Positions 25,632-39,135 of a stretch of 64,000 nucleotides of DNA are shown in pieces. Source of the DNA: Callorhinchus milii. Its lineage: Eukaryota. The notes below the pieces were generated by a model. It made no database searches. It was not told the DNA's origin and worked only from the letters and a program-made list of their open reading frames with translations. Position 1 is the stretch's first letter. The number at the start of each line of letters is the position of its first letter. A program made the position numbers and the translations under genes. The stretch is taken from the NCBI RefSeq assembly GCF_018977255.1, contig NW_024704742.1, positions 88,476,001 through 88,540,000 on the forward strand, in the 5' to 3' direction.

Positions 25632-26078
25632 CAGGCTTCGGGACCACATCACTCCCACCCTCGCTCGCCTCCACTGGCTCCCCATCCCCCAGAGGATCGA
25701 ATTCAAGATCCTCATCCTCACCTACAAGGCCATTCACGGCCTCGCTCCCTCCTACCTCTCTGACCTACTAACCCCCTACCTACCTGCCCGTACCCTCCGT
25801 TCCTCTGGCTCCGGTCTGCTCCACATCCCCCGTCCCAACCGCCCTACCATCGGTGGCCGGGCCTTCAGCCTCTCAGCCCCGAGGCTCTGGAACTCTATCC
25901 CCCAGTGCCTTCGCCGCCTCCTCCCTTTCCTCCTTCAAGGCCGGTCTCAAGACCTTTCTCTTTGAGTCTTCAGCTCCTCTCTCGACTCTCTACCCCCTCC
26001 TCGCTCCCTCCCTTCCCTCCCCTCACCCTGACCATTTCCCCCCTGCTCGGGTCCTGACCCAATGGAATCTTGTTGTTG
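25632..26078 (+). mobile_element. Young L2 3' fragment inserted in a minus-strand family U copy (25550-26250)
   Basis: Encodes LHWLPIPQRIEFKILILTYKAIHGLAPSYLSDLL; nearly identical to 44710-45120; candidate TSD TACTC at 25627-25631 and 26079-26083. Confidence 0.9.
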
Positions 26079-28007
26079 TACTCATGCCACCTTCACCTTG
26101 AAATATCTCTTTGAAATTCACCTGGCATACATCATTCCAGAATTAAGAGCAGGTTGGATAAGAACCAAAGCTTGATCATATGCTAACTAAAAACACACAG
26201 TTTGCCTTTGAGAGCACTGTCTTGCAAGCTTGTCCATTTAGGACCACCTTCTCTGTTAGGGCTATAGCCTCCTACAAGTCTTGCCAATGAGCCAGGCTGG
26301 CTGGTCCATTAGCAACAGTGCTGAGAGGACTCAGGACCTGCCTAGCTTAAGAAGCAGAATCACAAAACCAGTACGGAAAATTGATTCCAATTGGAATTCA
26401 ATTCCAAATTTGTCAGGCATATCAATCTGGAATCAAATAAAATTGGTCATTCATTTCATGGCTGTGTGTGGGAGACATTGCTGTGAGCAACGAGCTGCCA
26501 CATTCACCTAGAAAATACACAGTCATTCCACTTTGCAGTAAGTACTTTGAAATGCTTTAAAATTTGTTATACCAAATGTAAGGATTATTATTAGACTATT
26601 GTATAACACAAATAATCAAAGTTATATAATCTATTAGACTGAAAAATGATAGAATACTGCTTAGGTTTCTATAGCAGTTTAATATTATCAATAGAAAGTG
26701 CTGTTTGTTTCAAGGGCAGCTTTAACAGAATGGGAAAAAAAACAACAAAGTTGCAAGTTAAATTACTTAGTGGATTGAATGATTTTAGTTCTGTTTTCAT
26801 TCACAGTTATCCAGTGCCCCTGGATCAGTTTTAATTTGTGTTCAATGGACATTACTGAAGTAAAGCTGTATGGATACATATGGTTACCATATGCCTGCAA
26901 GATCTGGCTGGCTTCCAGTTCCCAGCTGGGATATAACACAAGTTGCTTTTCCATTGATACTATTTTACTCTGTTCTATCCTATTTTGTACTCTTTTATTG
27001 TATTTTGAACCTTGTTGATCTATACTTCCATTTCATACTGTTATTCTATGCTATTGCATTATGTATTCAATTCTGCAAACAACTGGGTCCCTACTGAAGA
27101 TTCCAATCAATAAAATTGGTTGTTCAATTTATGGACATTTATGGACATTGTGGTGTACAAACTTTGGGATGTCCTCCCAATATGAAAGACACTATATCAA
27201 AGGTAAGGATTAATATTATTCCATTTGACTCCATTTTATACTATTTCATTTATTCCTTTCTATTCTACAATGTTCTATTTTATCCTATTCAATAATAATT
27301 CATTCTATTTGCATTCAATCCTATTGTATTGTATTCCAAACAGTTGTATGCTATCCTCTTTATTTCAATGGTACTGTCCTAACAATGGGATTCAATCTGC
27401 TGCAGTTTATAATGCGTTTCCTTCATAAGAAATCCTGGCTATGCAAAAGGTGTAAATGGAAGTACATCATGCTGACTACTCTCTGAAGCAATCTACTTTG
27501 GACCAGACTGCCCATTAATTGATTGACATTTAATGGGATTCCTTGTTAAGTGGGATACTAGCCAAATGGCATCACCATCAAAGGTACTGTGGAAAACTGG
27601 CATCCAAATTACTTAAATTTTTTTTGCCAAAATTCTGCTTGATCATAAATTTTAAAACAGTGGTCTTAAGACTAAGAACGCAAGACTGTTTGGTCCTCTG
27701 GTTGGATCCCATAACGTGACTCTACAGAGGATTGTGCCAGGCTGCTCAAGCCATAATTAACTTTCAAAAGTGAATTTAAAAGCACAGGGCAAAAAATGCT
27801 ACATATTGTGCTGATGATCACATCATAAAAAACGTCTGCACTGGTAATGTCTGGCTGTGGATGTTCTCCTCCCCCCCTAACTCCCTCACAATAGTTGAAC
27901 CCAAATCTGCCCAGACAATCATGATTGGAACTTGCTATGATGGTTTGCAGTGTTGGTGCGCCCGTTTATGGGATGTTGGCTGATTTTTATTGTTGAGTTA
28001 TCATGTA

Positions 28008-28356
28008 TTGGTTAGAGCACTCTCCTTGCAAGCGAAAGGACCTGGGTTTGATTCCCAGGCAGGGCGAAACCTTAGGCTAGTTTCCTTACTCCACATGTTT
28101 CTATTTATCTATCAGTAAGTAGGGACCCGGTTGTTTGCAGATTGGTCGATTGCTTTCCGGGGTAATAACCCTTTTATTAAAAAAATAATAATTTGGTCAC
28201 TGAATCCATGACTGTTTGTGGGACACTCCTGTGAGCAATTGGCTGCTGCGTTCTGCCCACAAAATATACAGTCAATTCACATTACAGTATATTCTGTGAA
28301 GATCTTTGAGATGTTTTAATGTGAGAAGGAGATATATTAAAATGCAAGTATTATTA
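28008..28356 (+). mobile_element. Family A SINE, long variant
   Basis: tRNA head plus an extra ~60 bp segment (CAGTAAGTAGG...GATTGCTTTCCGGGG) before the Deu body; the same variant occurs at 41000-41360 and 46805-47090. Confidence 0.8.
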
Positions 28357-28904
28357 AACCCAACAGCCGTTAATGATGCACAAACCAAAGAAATCTTGCT
28401 GATAAATGGCACCATTAGCAATTCTTCTCCAAACTGTTTTGTTCATTAAATTAACCAACTGTTAAAGTTGGCCATCATTGCCCAATTGTGGACAAAAAGA
28501 CTTCCCCTGCCAGGAGTGAGGGGTGATTCAGGAAAGCATGACCTCCTAGAAAGATGTTTTGTGGATGTGTTTATAAGAATACATTGAAACCCAGAGAACT
28601 AACCAAAAAAACTGCCACAGGTTTCACAAAAACATAAGAAGAGTTGGGATGAGAAAAGCTCTTCAGCTCACCAAAAAAAATTCCATTCTGATACGCTGAC
28701 TCTCCTTTGTGGAGAGTCTCATTGTATTATGAATAATACCCCAATGATTTTGCTTGAGTTTCCTTGGATGGTAGATTCTTCTAAGTACTTTAATTGATAT
28801 TTACATTTTGCTTTTCACTCTTTTCCTTTGATTGTATTTTCTCGATTTATCTGTAGTTTAAGATCACTTTAAGTGGTCGAGTCTTGAGATTCTACACCCT
28901 AACC

Positions 28905-29127
28905 CAGTAGTGGCCAACCTGTGGCTTGTGGACCAAATGTGGCCCACGGATCCATCAAGAAGTGGCCCACCAAACATTTGCACTAGACTGGGTAAATCTT
29001 TGTTAAATCAATATTCTGTTTCTAGTAGCTACTGAATAGCAATATTTATGGTGTGTCCATAAATCCAGAAATATTCAATCAAGGAAAATGTATCCGGTTT
29101 GCCTACCAAAAATGTTGTCCGTCACTG
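28905..29127. mobile_element. Non-autonomous hAT-type DNA transposon (MITE)
   Basis: Imperfect TIRs CAGTAGTGGCCAAC / GTTGTCCGTCACTG; 8-bp TSD CCCTAACC (28897-28904) / CCCTTACC (29128-29135). Confidence 0.7.
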
Positions 29128-30159
29128 CCCTTACCTCTGGTAATATAATAGGTTCATTTGGTGTAGTGCCTTAAAGTGCTTTGGGACATTACCCTGCATG
29201 AGTGGTGCAATATGAATCCAAGTTGTTGTTATCACTTCGTCGAGACGTCTCAAAGCACTATTCAGGATTTTACTGTGAAGTTTAATTGCTGTGTATTTGT
29301 AAACAAATGCGGCAACCAATTTGCTCCCAGCAATCTGTCACAAACAGCCATGAAGTGAATGTTTGCATCCCCCGTTTACTGTTCATAAAATCAGAGTTTT
29401 ATACTGTGACCATTTAGCCTCAAAAATAAAATGCAAAGGGGAAGTTTTGTATCTCAGGCTGCCCTTTCTTTCTAAAGTCCTGGAACATGTTTTTCAGCAC
29501 GTTGGGACATACTCTCGATGTGAAAGGCGTTATACAAATGTAATTTGTTGTTTTTGTTTTGCCACCCAGCTTTGGTCACACCTTGCCTCCCACTCAAGCC
29601 TCTCCAGTCTGGTTTCTGCCCTGCTCATAGCACTCGGGTACCAAACAAAAGAAAAACGCACTAGTGATTTATGGCTAAATTGCTAATCTGCACCTGTTAT
29701 ACAATGTGAGTTATTGTCCTGCTTAATAAATCAATTTTCCATTATATTTATATAATTCAATGGTGCTTCACAGTACTAGTGTAATTCTGGACACATTGTC
29801 AATCGTCTTAAGGTACAACGCCAGCATCAGTTAAAGTAATCCATGATACTATTACTTAACTTTCTTCAGGCAACTTAATAATACACAATTTATTTTTCAA
29901 TGTGTTTCACTTCCTAATAAGGTTACTCTTACAAAAACAGCTGCATCGCCATTAACCTCACATCGTGTTGCGATACGACATTCTCCATAGTCAAAACCTG
30001 TTAAGATTAATCTGACAATAGCAGAACAAAAAATGTTGAATAACTGAATGTACAATGTAACCAATCTATATATCCAGCTTTTATTTGTACCCCTACCGCA
30101 TCCGAATTACACAGAGCAAGGCTTCAACGTGTGTAATATTTGAACTGACAGCATTGTCT

Positions 30160-30450
30160 TAAAATTAGAACCAGGCCATTTAAGAGTGAAATCAGGAAGC
30201 ATTTTTTTCACTCAAAAGGTGGTAGAACTCTGGAATTCTCTCCCCCAAAAGGCCGTGGATGCTGGATCCATCTACACCTTCAAGTGAGGTTGATAGATTT
30301 TTGGTAGGTCAGACTATTAAGGGATATGGGGAGAAAGCGGGAAATTGGAATTGAAAGGATTAGTTGAGGTACAGATCAGCCATGATCTAATTAAATGGCT
30401 GAACAGGCTCAAAGGGCTGAATGGCCTCCTCCTGTTCCTACCTATGTTCC
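30160..30450 (+). mobile_element. CR1 LINE 3' end fragment
   Basis: RKHFFTQKVVELWNSLP remnant and a 3'UTR matching 61220-61310. Confidence 0.85.
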
Positions 30451-31029
30451 ATTGTCCCACAAACAGCCATGAAGTGAATGATCACATTGTATCAGAAACT
30501 GGTAGAAACTCCCTTCTCTTTATAAATAGTTCCATGCAATTTTTAGCATCTACTTGAACAGGCAGATGATATCACATTATTGTCACATCCAAAGGATGCA
30601 CCTATGCCAATGCAGTGCTCCACTAGAACTGTATTGGAGTGTCAGCCTGAACTGTGAGCTGAAAGTTTAACTGTGGGGCTGGAACCCACAGTCTTTAGAC
30701 TCAGAGACGACTGTGCTGCTGACTAAGCCAGCCTGACACTCAATCTAATGCCCAAAAACTCAGAAGTTGGCAGATTGGTAGGTAAATTTGCCATCTGATC
30801 CTTATAGACTTAGTAACTCGATTCCACCATCATTTCAGTCACAAACAATTCCTGCTCACATGAAACCCGCTGAAAGTCACACCGGGAAGAATGAGCAAAT
30901 GTTGTTAGTACCCTCTCCACAACAAGAAATGTCAAGACCTGGATTTGCAATTGTATAAATTTTTAAAAATATATTTCAAACTTCATATTGGTCCCTGACA
31001 AAATACCTCCCTGCACCTCCACCATACTT

Positions 31030-31500
31030 CCCACCCCAGTCTCCATCTCACATCACTGACCATCAAAACCCTTTCCATATTTTTTGTGACTTTTCTAATG
31101 CACTTCTCACTAGTTTCCTCCATTCCACAATCCACAAGATTGAGCTAAACCCAAACTCCCCTGCACATCTCCTCAGGTACCAAACTCATATGCGCATCAA
31201 CCCCATCCTCACTAGGCTCGACCGTCTCCGATTGAATCGACTTCAAGGTCTTCAACCTACATATAAATTCCTTCATGCCCTTACACTTCTCTATCTCTCT
31301 GACCTTCTCATACCCCACTCCTCTGCTTGCCCACCTCGCTCAGCTAACACAGGCCTGCTCAGTGTCCCCCACTGCCACATCAGTTGCCAAGCCCCTAACC
31401 TTCTGGAACTCCTTGCCTTTATCTCTTCACTTCATCCCCTCTTTATCTGTCTTCAAATCCCTCCTTAAAACCTACATTGACTGCGCTTATGGTCAACTCC
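31030..31500 (+). mobile_element. Degraded L2 3' region
   Basis: INPILTRL, YLSDLL, FWNSLP and FKSLLKTY remnants. Confidence 0.75.
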
Positions 31501-34211
31501 CCTTTCTGTCTTGTTCGATGTCTGACACCTACACAATGTGGAGTCCTGTTGTGCATCGGTTAGAGCATCGCCTCGCAAGTGAGAGGACCTGGGTTCGATT
31601 CCGTTCGGCAAGCTTCCATACTTCATCTGTTTGCAAATTTACCTGTTTGCTTAGCAGCAAGTAGGAACTCAATTGTTATATAAGGGTGTTAAATCGTTAT
31701 AAAAGTGTGTCCACACTGTTAAACCATGCATCATGCCAAAATCAAAGAATTTTGAGTTGTCTTTTGTCATTGGGTTTGTGTTTCCTAATCTCAAGACACT
31801 TGTAGTCATAGATATTTAGCTTTTCAGGACAACCAAAATATCTATAATATACTCTCATAATGACTCCAACCAGCAAACACTATAATAAATGATCATAACA
31901 AGTGCTGACATGGGTGAGAATGCTATTCTTTGACATACTGTATACACAACTTGATTGAAACAATATGAACAGTTTGTTTCCCCCCAAAAAATGTTTCTCT
32001 CTTTTAAGAGCAAATGTCAAAAATAATAATAATAATAATAATCCTTGCATTTGATATAGCGCTTTTCACGTCGGGAGGACGTCCCAAAGCGCTTCACAGA
32101 ACACATTGTAAAGTGAATTCACTGTATATTTGTGGGCGAACGTGGCAGCCAATTGCGCACAGCAATGTCCCACAAACAGTCGTAGATTGAAAATGACCAA
32201 TTTTTTTTTTTTTTTTTTTTTTTTTGGCTTTTGGAGGGATTATTATTATGTCTTGAAATGCACTCTCAGTATTTTAGCAATTCTCCTTTGTACTGTGATA
32301 AGCACCAGAGGAAATTTACTGTTTTAAACACATTTGAAGGATTTCAAAGGCGGAATAAATAATAATGAATGATAATCCTTGTATTTGATATAAGTGCCTT
32401 TCACATCAGGAGGGCCTCTCAAAGCGCTTCACAGGATTTACTGCAAAGCATAATGACTGTGTACTTTGTACGTGAACACGACAGCCAATTTGCACACTGC
32501 AATGTCCCACAAACAGCCGTGAATCAGAGCACTTTCACAAACTACTCAGAGTGTTAAACAAATTGCGTCTCACTGGCTGGCACATGCAAACTTGCTGCAG
32601 ATTAATCTAAATTATCTCAGTTATCCAAGATTTTAGTAAGTGTGTTAAAGAGGGCTGTAATAGCATTACTGTCACATTTTAATTAATCTGGTTTAAACTG
32701 AGCTGCTTGTGCATTCTTATACTGATGGGTTTTAAGTCTATCCTTTAAAATATCCCAAATGCCACTTGATAAAGATTAATTACACAACAGGCAATATTTC
32801 TTCCTCTGCTTGCATTCCCCATTCGGTATCCATCGTTTACTGTAAATGAAAAAATCTGCATCAGCGCTGTTACATATAATGGATATAATAAAGTACTTTG
32901 AAAATAAAAGTAAAATCAAAGTTTGCTCATACGATCCACCTAACCAGGATATTAATCTACCAACAACTATTTGATTTTAAGCAATCTTAAAGAAAAGGTT
33001 GCATGTAAGTGACAATTGCCAACAGAAATAGGTACAAATCTCACCTGTGCACATATGTGACAGTTACTCTCATTCTCCTCCAGGGGGCAGGCTTGCACTA
33101 TTGTGTAATTAAATTGTACAGCAACACTTCACACAGCCTAAAAGAGTCACACAATCAACACAAGTGCCACGTTGCTGGAGCACATCAACAGTGAGAAAAA
33201 TACACAATTTTTGTCTCTTTACAGAAAGAAAAAGAGGCAAACTGCTTTATTACTCAATATGTTTCCAATTAATAATTTGTGTTCAGTTATATTCTTGGCA
33301 AATGCACCAAGCTTATGACAGACTGTTGTTTAATAAATAAAACAAACAACCCTTATAGCACCTTTCATATTAGGAGGACTTCTCAAAAAGCTTCACAGGA
33401 TACATTGTAAATCGCAGTGACTATTTTTCAGGCAAACACAGCAGCCAATTTGCATTTGTTTCGTATAATATGAGTATTTTACAATCAATAACAATGAATA
33501 TTGCAAACTAAAACCTATCATCAAAATTGTAAATATTCAGTATTATTGAGGATGATTATTCAATGAAGCTACAGAACAACTGATGAGGGAAATGGAAATG
33601 TCATTCTGATACAACAGTGGGTGCTCTTCTGAGGATGGACTAAGGGTGCAAATTTGGGGAGAAATTCCACCCAAGTCTAGATTTACTTTGTTTATCCAAC
33701 ATTTGTATTGGGTTGCTACTGGGGCAGATTTTGTACTGCCTTGCCGGTCCCGGAAAAAGATTCAATGTGCCTTTTTTGGGGGTGCTGGAATGCGTGGATG
33801 TGTGTGTGTGAAACTGTGTACCCATGATGATGGACACAAAAGTCAATTGAGTGGTGAAAGGATAAGGTAATAAAAATAACTACACATACTGAGTTTTTTA
33901 TGTAAAACATTTTTGTACTAATAAGCTAGAGCTTCTTTCTGTTCACTCTACTACCCGATGCCTCCGCTAAGACTGGCTCTAACCTCCTGCTTGTCTCTAG
34001 CCCCCTCCGCTCCAACATTGGCAGCCATACTTTCAGACACTATGCCCCAAAGCTTTGGAATTCTTTCCCTCAATCCCTCTGCCTTGTCCCTCCTTCACCC
34101 TTTTTAGAAGACCTTCCTCTTTGATCGTGCTCACCTCCTCCCTCTCCCTGGCTCGGCATTCAGTTCCACCAATGTTTAGTGCTCCGAGACACTATGCAAG
34201 CTGAAGCATTA

Positions 34212-34545
34212 ATGGGTAGGGTGGTCCCAGCTGGACAAGCAGTGGGAAAGCTTACCAGACAGTGCTTTCATTGGCAAGCTTTGTGTTTTTAAGCTGGTTA
34301 AACTGCAGCAGTATCCCAACACACATCCTGGGGTTCCCAAGCCTTAGGTCTTGCCAATCTGTGCTTAATATTCTCTGGAATTAGGTAAGCAGGAAGTTCC
34401 ATCAAAGGAGAGAGTGTTCCTCCCATTTCCATAGAAAGGAATTTCCACGTGTAGGTGGGATGCATGGAATTCTCAGTTTGGTTTGGATACTCTTAAGCAT
34501 TGTGATGGGTTTCCGCAAGTGTCAGACACCCGGTTGACCCCCAAA
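34212..34545 (+). mobile_element. Family U repeat copy
   Basis: Aligns with the 5765-6120 reverse complement over ~330 bp. Confidence 0.8.
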
Positions 34546-35624
34546 AATTTACAGTAGTTAGTGATATGAATATCCTCTTTTGGAAAAGAAGTCTGGAGAG
34601 TATCATCACAGTAGAAGTCATTTTAGTTCCATCAACCATATAGTTCCATATCTTTTCTATATAGTCCTGACAGTAGCAAATAGCCTCTCTCTCTAACCTT
34701 TCCCCTCCAACCCACACACAGTCTTGTAGGGAGCTAGTTGAACACCACAGCTGAAGACATCATTCTGTTTTGAGGCACTTTTAATTAACATTCTTCCCTT
34801 GATTAGAATAAGGGAAGAACCTTAATTAAAAGGTTAATTTTAATTCAAAAGTGTTGGGTTCGAACATGCGGCCAGCAGTGGAATTTACGCTGCTGTTGAA
34901 ACCTGGGACAAAAGTTGTGGCTGGAGATCAGCTTATTCTGTTTAGTCAAAATAGAAAGGACCAAAGTCACTTGTATTTTATGCTTAGTAGCTTATTAACT
35001 TAAACAAGGCCGAAAGGCATAGTATTTTGCATTGATTCAATAAGCAGGGTAACAATAGGCAGATTTATGATAGACAATGTTGACAGCAATCTCACAAAGA
35101 GCATATCACTGTAGTGACAATATCAAAGCTCATAGGCAGCAGACAAACTTTTCCGGCTTGGGAAAATAATGGCAGGCACTGAATCTCCTGCAGTTGTGTT
35201 GCAGCTGGGTTCTTGATTTACTAAAGTCTGTTTTTCTTTCGATGTTACAGGAGTTGCTGGAATCTTCGACAGTCGAGCGGCATGGGTCACAGAATTCCAG
35301 GTAGAGGCTCTGCCTTCCTGGAGGAGCGGAAAATGCAGTCACTCTCTCACTAACTGGAACTGACCCTTTGGACTGAACATTCACACTGAACAGACAACTG
35401 AACTGATAGGGCTCAGCTACACTTTTTAATAATGATTTTTTTTAAGATTATGCAGATACGTACAGGTCTGCATGTCCTCACCCACCTGATAATTGTTTAA
35501 TCAAGCCGGCCTTGGGCCCGCGGCTGACTTTGATTAAGGCAATACACATCAACAATTAACACAATAATCATAACATTTTGTCTAGCGCACAGTCTATCGG
35601 CATTTTCTCATAACATTTCATCTA

Positions 35625-36700
35625 GTTATAGCAGGTAAAAACTAGTTCTTTCTTAATAGGGAGAAATTAAGAACTGTGGAGGAGCTAAGAGATTTGGGTA
35701 TCCATATCCACAAATCACTAAAAACTAGTTCCCAGGTCAAAAAGTAATCAAAAAGGCAAAAGGAATGTTGGCCTTTATCTCAAGGATCCTGGAATATAAA
35801 GGGGAAGAAATGATGCTTCAGCTGTATAGAGCGTTAGTCGGATCCCATCTGGAGTACTACGTTCAGTTTTGGGCACCACATCTCAGAAAAGATAGATTGG
35901 CCCTGGAGTGGGTGCAGCGCAGGTTCACCAAAATGTTACCAGGTGTAAAAGGGTTAAGTTACAAGGAAAGGCTGCGTAAACTTGGATTGGATTGTACCCC
36001 TAAGAGGGGTAGAGGAACAAAGGGATCGGGGGACTCTGATTAACAAGACTCTAAAAGTAGCAGCACTGGTGGATAAGGCCACAAAGGGTGCAAATAGAAA
36101 CCGACTTTACGTCCAGAGGAACAGAGTATCAAAGTAGAGAAGCAATATTAAACATATATATATCCTTGGTTAGACCACATTTGAAGTAAATGATTCTGCC
36201 ATTATATTGCAGGAATAATATAGCATGGGAGAGAGCAGTGTAAAAGGATGCTACCAGAGATGAGCGGATACAACTTTCAAGATTGGACAGGTTACAGCTT
36301 TTCTCTCTAGAGTTGTTACAATTGAGAGTTCACCTGATAGAGGTATTTAAGGTTATGAAAGGAATTGATGAAGTGGATGTTAATACGGTGTTTCCATTTA
36401 GTGGTGAGTCTAAATTGGAGGGCATAAATATAAGTTAGCTAGTGGTCAACCTAATAGGGAATTCAGGAGGAACTTCTTTACACAAACGGTGGCGAGAGTG
36501 TGGAACTCACTGTCGGAAGCTGTCGTGGAAGCCAAAAACACCAATGTATTTAAGAGAAATTTGATGCATAAATAATAGAGAAGGTAATAGAGGGAGAAGG
36601 GATAGGAGAGGGGAATAGGAAGGATGGAGGTTCAAGTAGAGTATAACCCCCCAGGATGGATGAGGTGGGCTGAATTACCTGTTTCCATGCTGTATTGCTC
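35625..36700 (+). mobile_element. Two abutting CR1 ORF2 3' fragments (35625-35990 younger; 36030-36700 older)
   Basis: MLAFISR..LQLYRALVGSHLEYYVQFWAPHLRKD; the second copy restarts the same region and runs to RRNFFTQ..VWNSL and the 3'UTR. Confidence 0.85.
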
Positions 36701-39029
36701 TATCTTCCTCTCTAGTTCTGTTTACCTCTCTGAGGACAACAAGCAAAACTATGGTATAACTGTTGCAGCTTGGTATACCAAAGAAATTATTCTATCAGAA
36801 CCTAAGTGATCGGGTGGATATTAGAATTGTTCCCCATTTATGAGTACTGCTTCAGGAGTGTAAAGCTGCTTTTGGGGGAGACAATGCATGTATTTTCACT
36901 GCCTCAATAACCTCATGTGATGCCCCTCCAAAATGCAGACTTTTCATTTTCTCGATAAACTCCAGAAGGAGTTAAAGGAATACTTACAGGTTAACCTTTG
37001 ATTCCGGTTTCAACGCTGCTTCAAATTTATGAGCTACATGGTTACTTTTTAGTTGCTTTCAGCCTTAAAATCATTAATTAAAAGAGACTGGGTATTTTGG
37101 TATTGCACACAGCAATGTTCCACAAACAGCCATGAAGTGAATAATTAATTTTATCTGAGGGATTGTTGGCCAGCACATTCCCTTATCTTTTTGAATAGTG
37201 CCATGAGATCCTTAATGTCCTCTCTGCCTGTTCAAGTAGACTTCAGGTAAATATTTCATCCATAGGATGGCGCCTTTCTCCAGCACTGAGTTTGAGTGTC
37301 AGCCTTGACTGTGAGCTCAGAGTCCCGACGTAGGGTTTGAACCTACACCCTTCTTACTGAGAGGCAAACATGCTAGCAACTGAGTCATGCTGACACTTGT
37401 TGTTGCAGAAGATTGCACGGAGGTGATTTCCATAGAGATGTGTTAAAGAAAGCCTCTTGGCTCATTTGATCTCTTCCTTCCAGGTAGTCAACCCTGGTAT
37501 CTTCTTAATAAATAAATCCAGTGGTCTGGTCTCTAGTATCCTTCCTGGTGACACATGCAAGCTCTGCACTGCTCTGCGGCTTAGGAAGCTCCATTATATC
37601 TTGGTCTTGTCAGAACAGTATGCAGAACGCTGACCAGAGCATTGTATAGCTTCAGAATGACATCTGCAAATGATTTGGCAATATCACCCATCGCTTTGTT
37701 TGCCTTATTTATTACTAATTCAGGCTATTTGGAAATGGTAAATGTCAGGTCAACACACATCCCCAGGTTCTCTTTCAACAACGGCAACAACAATTTATCT
37801 TCATACAGCACCTATCACATCAGGGTGATGGGGTGGTGGGGTAGACTGAAAGCATGATTGAATAGCCAGGTTGACTTTAAATGTGAAGAGGGACCAGAGA
37901 TATTCCAGGATAAAGTTCCAGCTTTGCTCAAAGTAATCTTATTCAGTCTATGGAACACACATTCTCCTACTTTAACTACATACAGTACATATCGGTTGTT
38001 AACTTAATTTGCCATTTTCTCCAGGTGCATAATAACAAGATTACATTTGTATAGCGCCTTTCACGTCGGGAGGACATCCCAAGGCCCTGGACAGTGTACA
38101 GCATTTCGGGCCCGAGCTGGGGTCAGGAAGGGAGAAGGGAGGGGAGGAGAAGGGGGCTGACCGATGGCATGGTTGAAGAGGAGGGTTTTGAGGTGGGACA
38201 TAGAGCATACCCTATCAAGCTCTCTTTATAACTCATTGGTTCCTTTCTCTGATTCCACAGTCTTCATTTAACTACCCGAGTCTGCAAATCCAAGTCATTT
38301 ATGTATGTATAATTGATATATTCTAGGAACAGGATCCTATATATATTTTAGTACAGATCCCCAAATTCCTCAAATGAATACCTCCCACCCATCCCAGTTA
38401 CTCAGTCAGGTGTCGGTCTGGCTCAGTTGGTACCACTCTCGCCTCAGAGTCAGAGGTTGTGGGTTCAAGTCTTACGTCAGTTATATCAACACACTGGCCC
38501 ACCAATCCCCCATTCGGGCTGAGGTCAGATTATTTATTATTATTATTGTTATTAAACTCATTGGGGGGTGGGGGGTGAGCAAGTTAGAACAATAGGCCAC
38601 CTTGACCTTGTATTTGAAGGGGAAATGCTTAATCATTTAAGGTACCTAGTAGATCAGAATATTATCTCTGTGCCCTTAATGCAAGATGAAATATTTCTTA
38701 GTCATTGCATCGTGGCTGATGTGCACCAAAATGTTAGATGGACTATCTCATTTTGTACCAATTTATTTCCTCCATGAGATGGTTTCCTTGCTCCGAACCC
38801 CCACCTCTCCTCTTCAAGTTTAATAGAATTGCAAATTTAAATAGAGTTATCATCAGTGTTAATTGAATCTGTGCTTCTAAACCTTCTGACATTTAATAGA
38901 AAGATTTCCATATTCCCATCAAGCATAATTATTGCAAGGAAATGAATAACAATGCTGAATAGATTCTATTCCCAACAAATCACCACCACATACCCCAGTA
39001 AATCACTGCTGACCATTAACTTTTGCCCT

Positions 39030-39135
39030 GGCAAGCAGATAAACAGACCTAAATGATGTCTGACATTCCCTCTCTCCCTCCTACCTTCCCCAATATATTG
39101 CAAATGTCAGCAAATTAATGCAAATGTCAGATTAC
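39030..39135 (+). promoter_or_regulatory. slc1a1 proximal upstream motif cluster
   Basis: Direct repeat TGCAAATGTCAG at 39099-39110 and 39119-39130, octamer ATGCAAAT at 39118-39125, forkhead-like ATAAACA at ~39040; ~450 bp upstream of the ATG. Confidence 0.35.

Noticed and set aside
26940..27340. Phe/Tyr/Ile-rich ORFs
   Set aside because: Degenerate (TTCTA)n-like low-complexity DNA.
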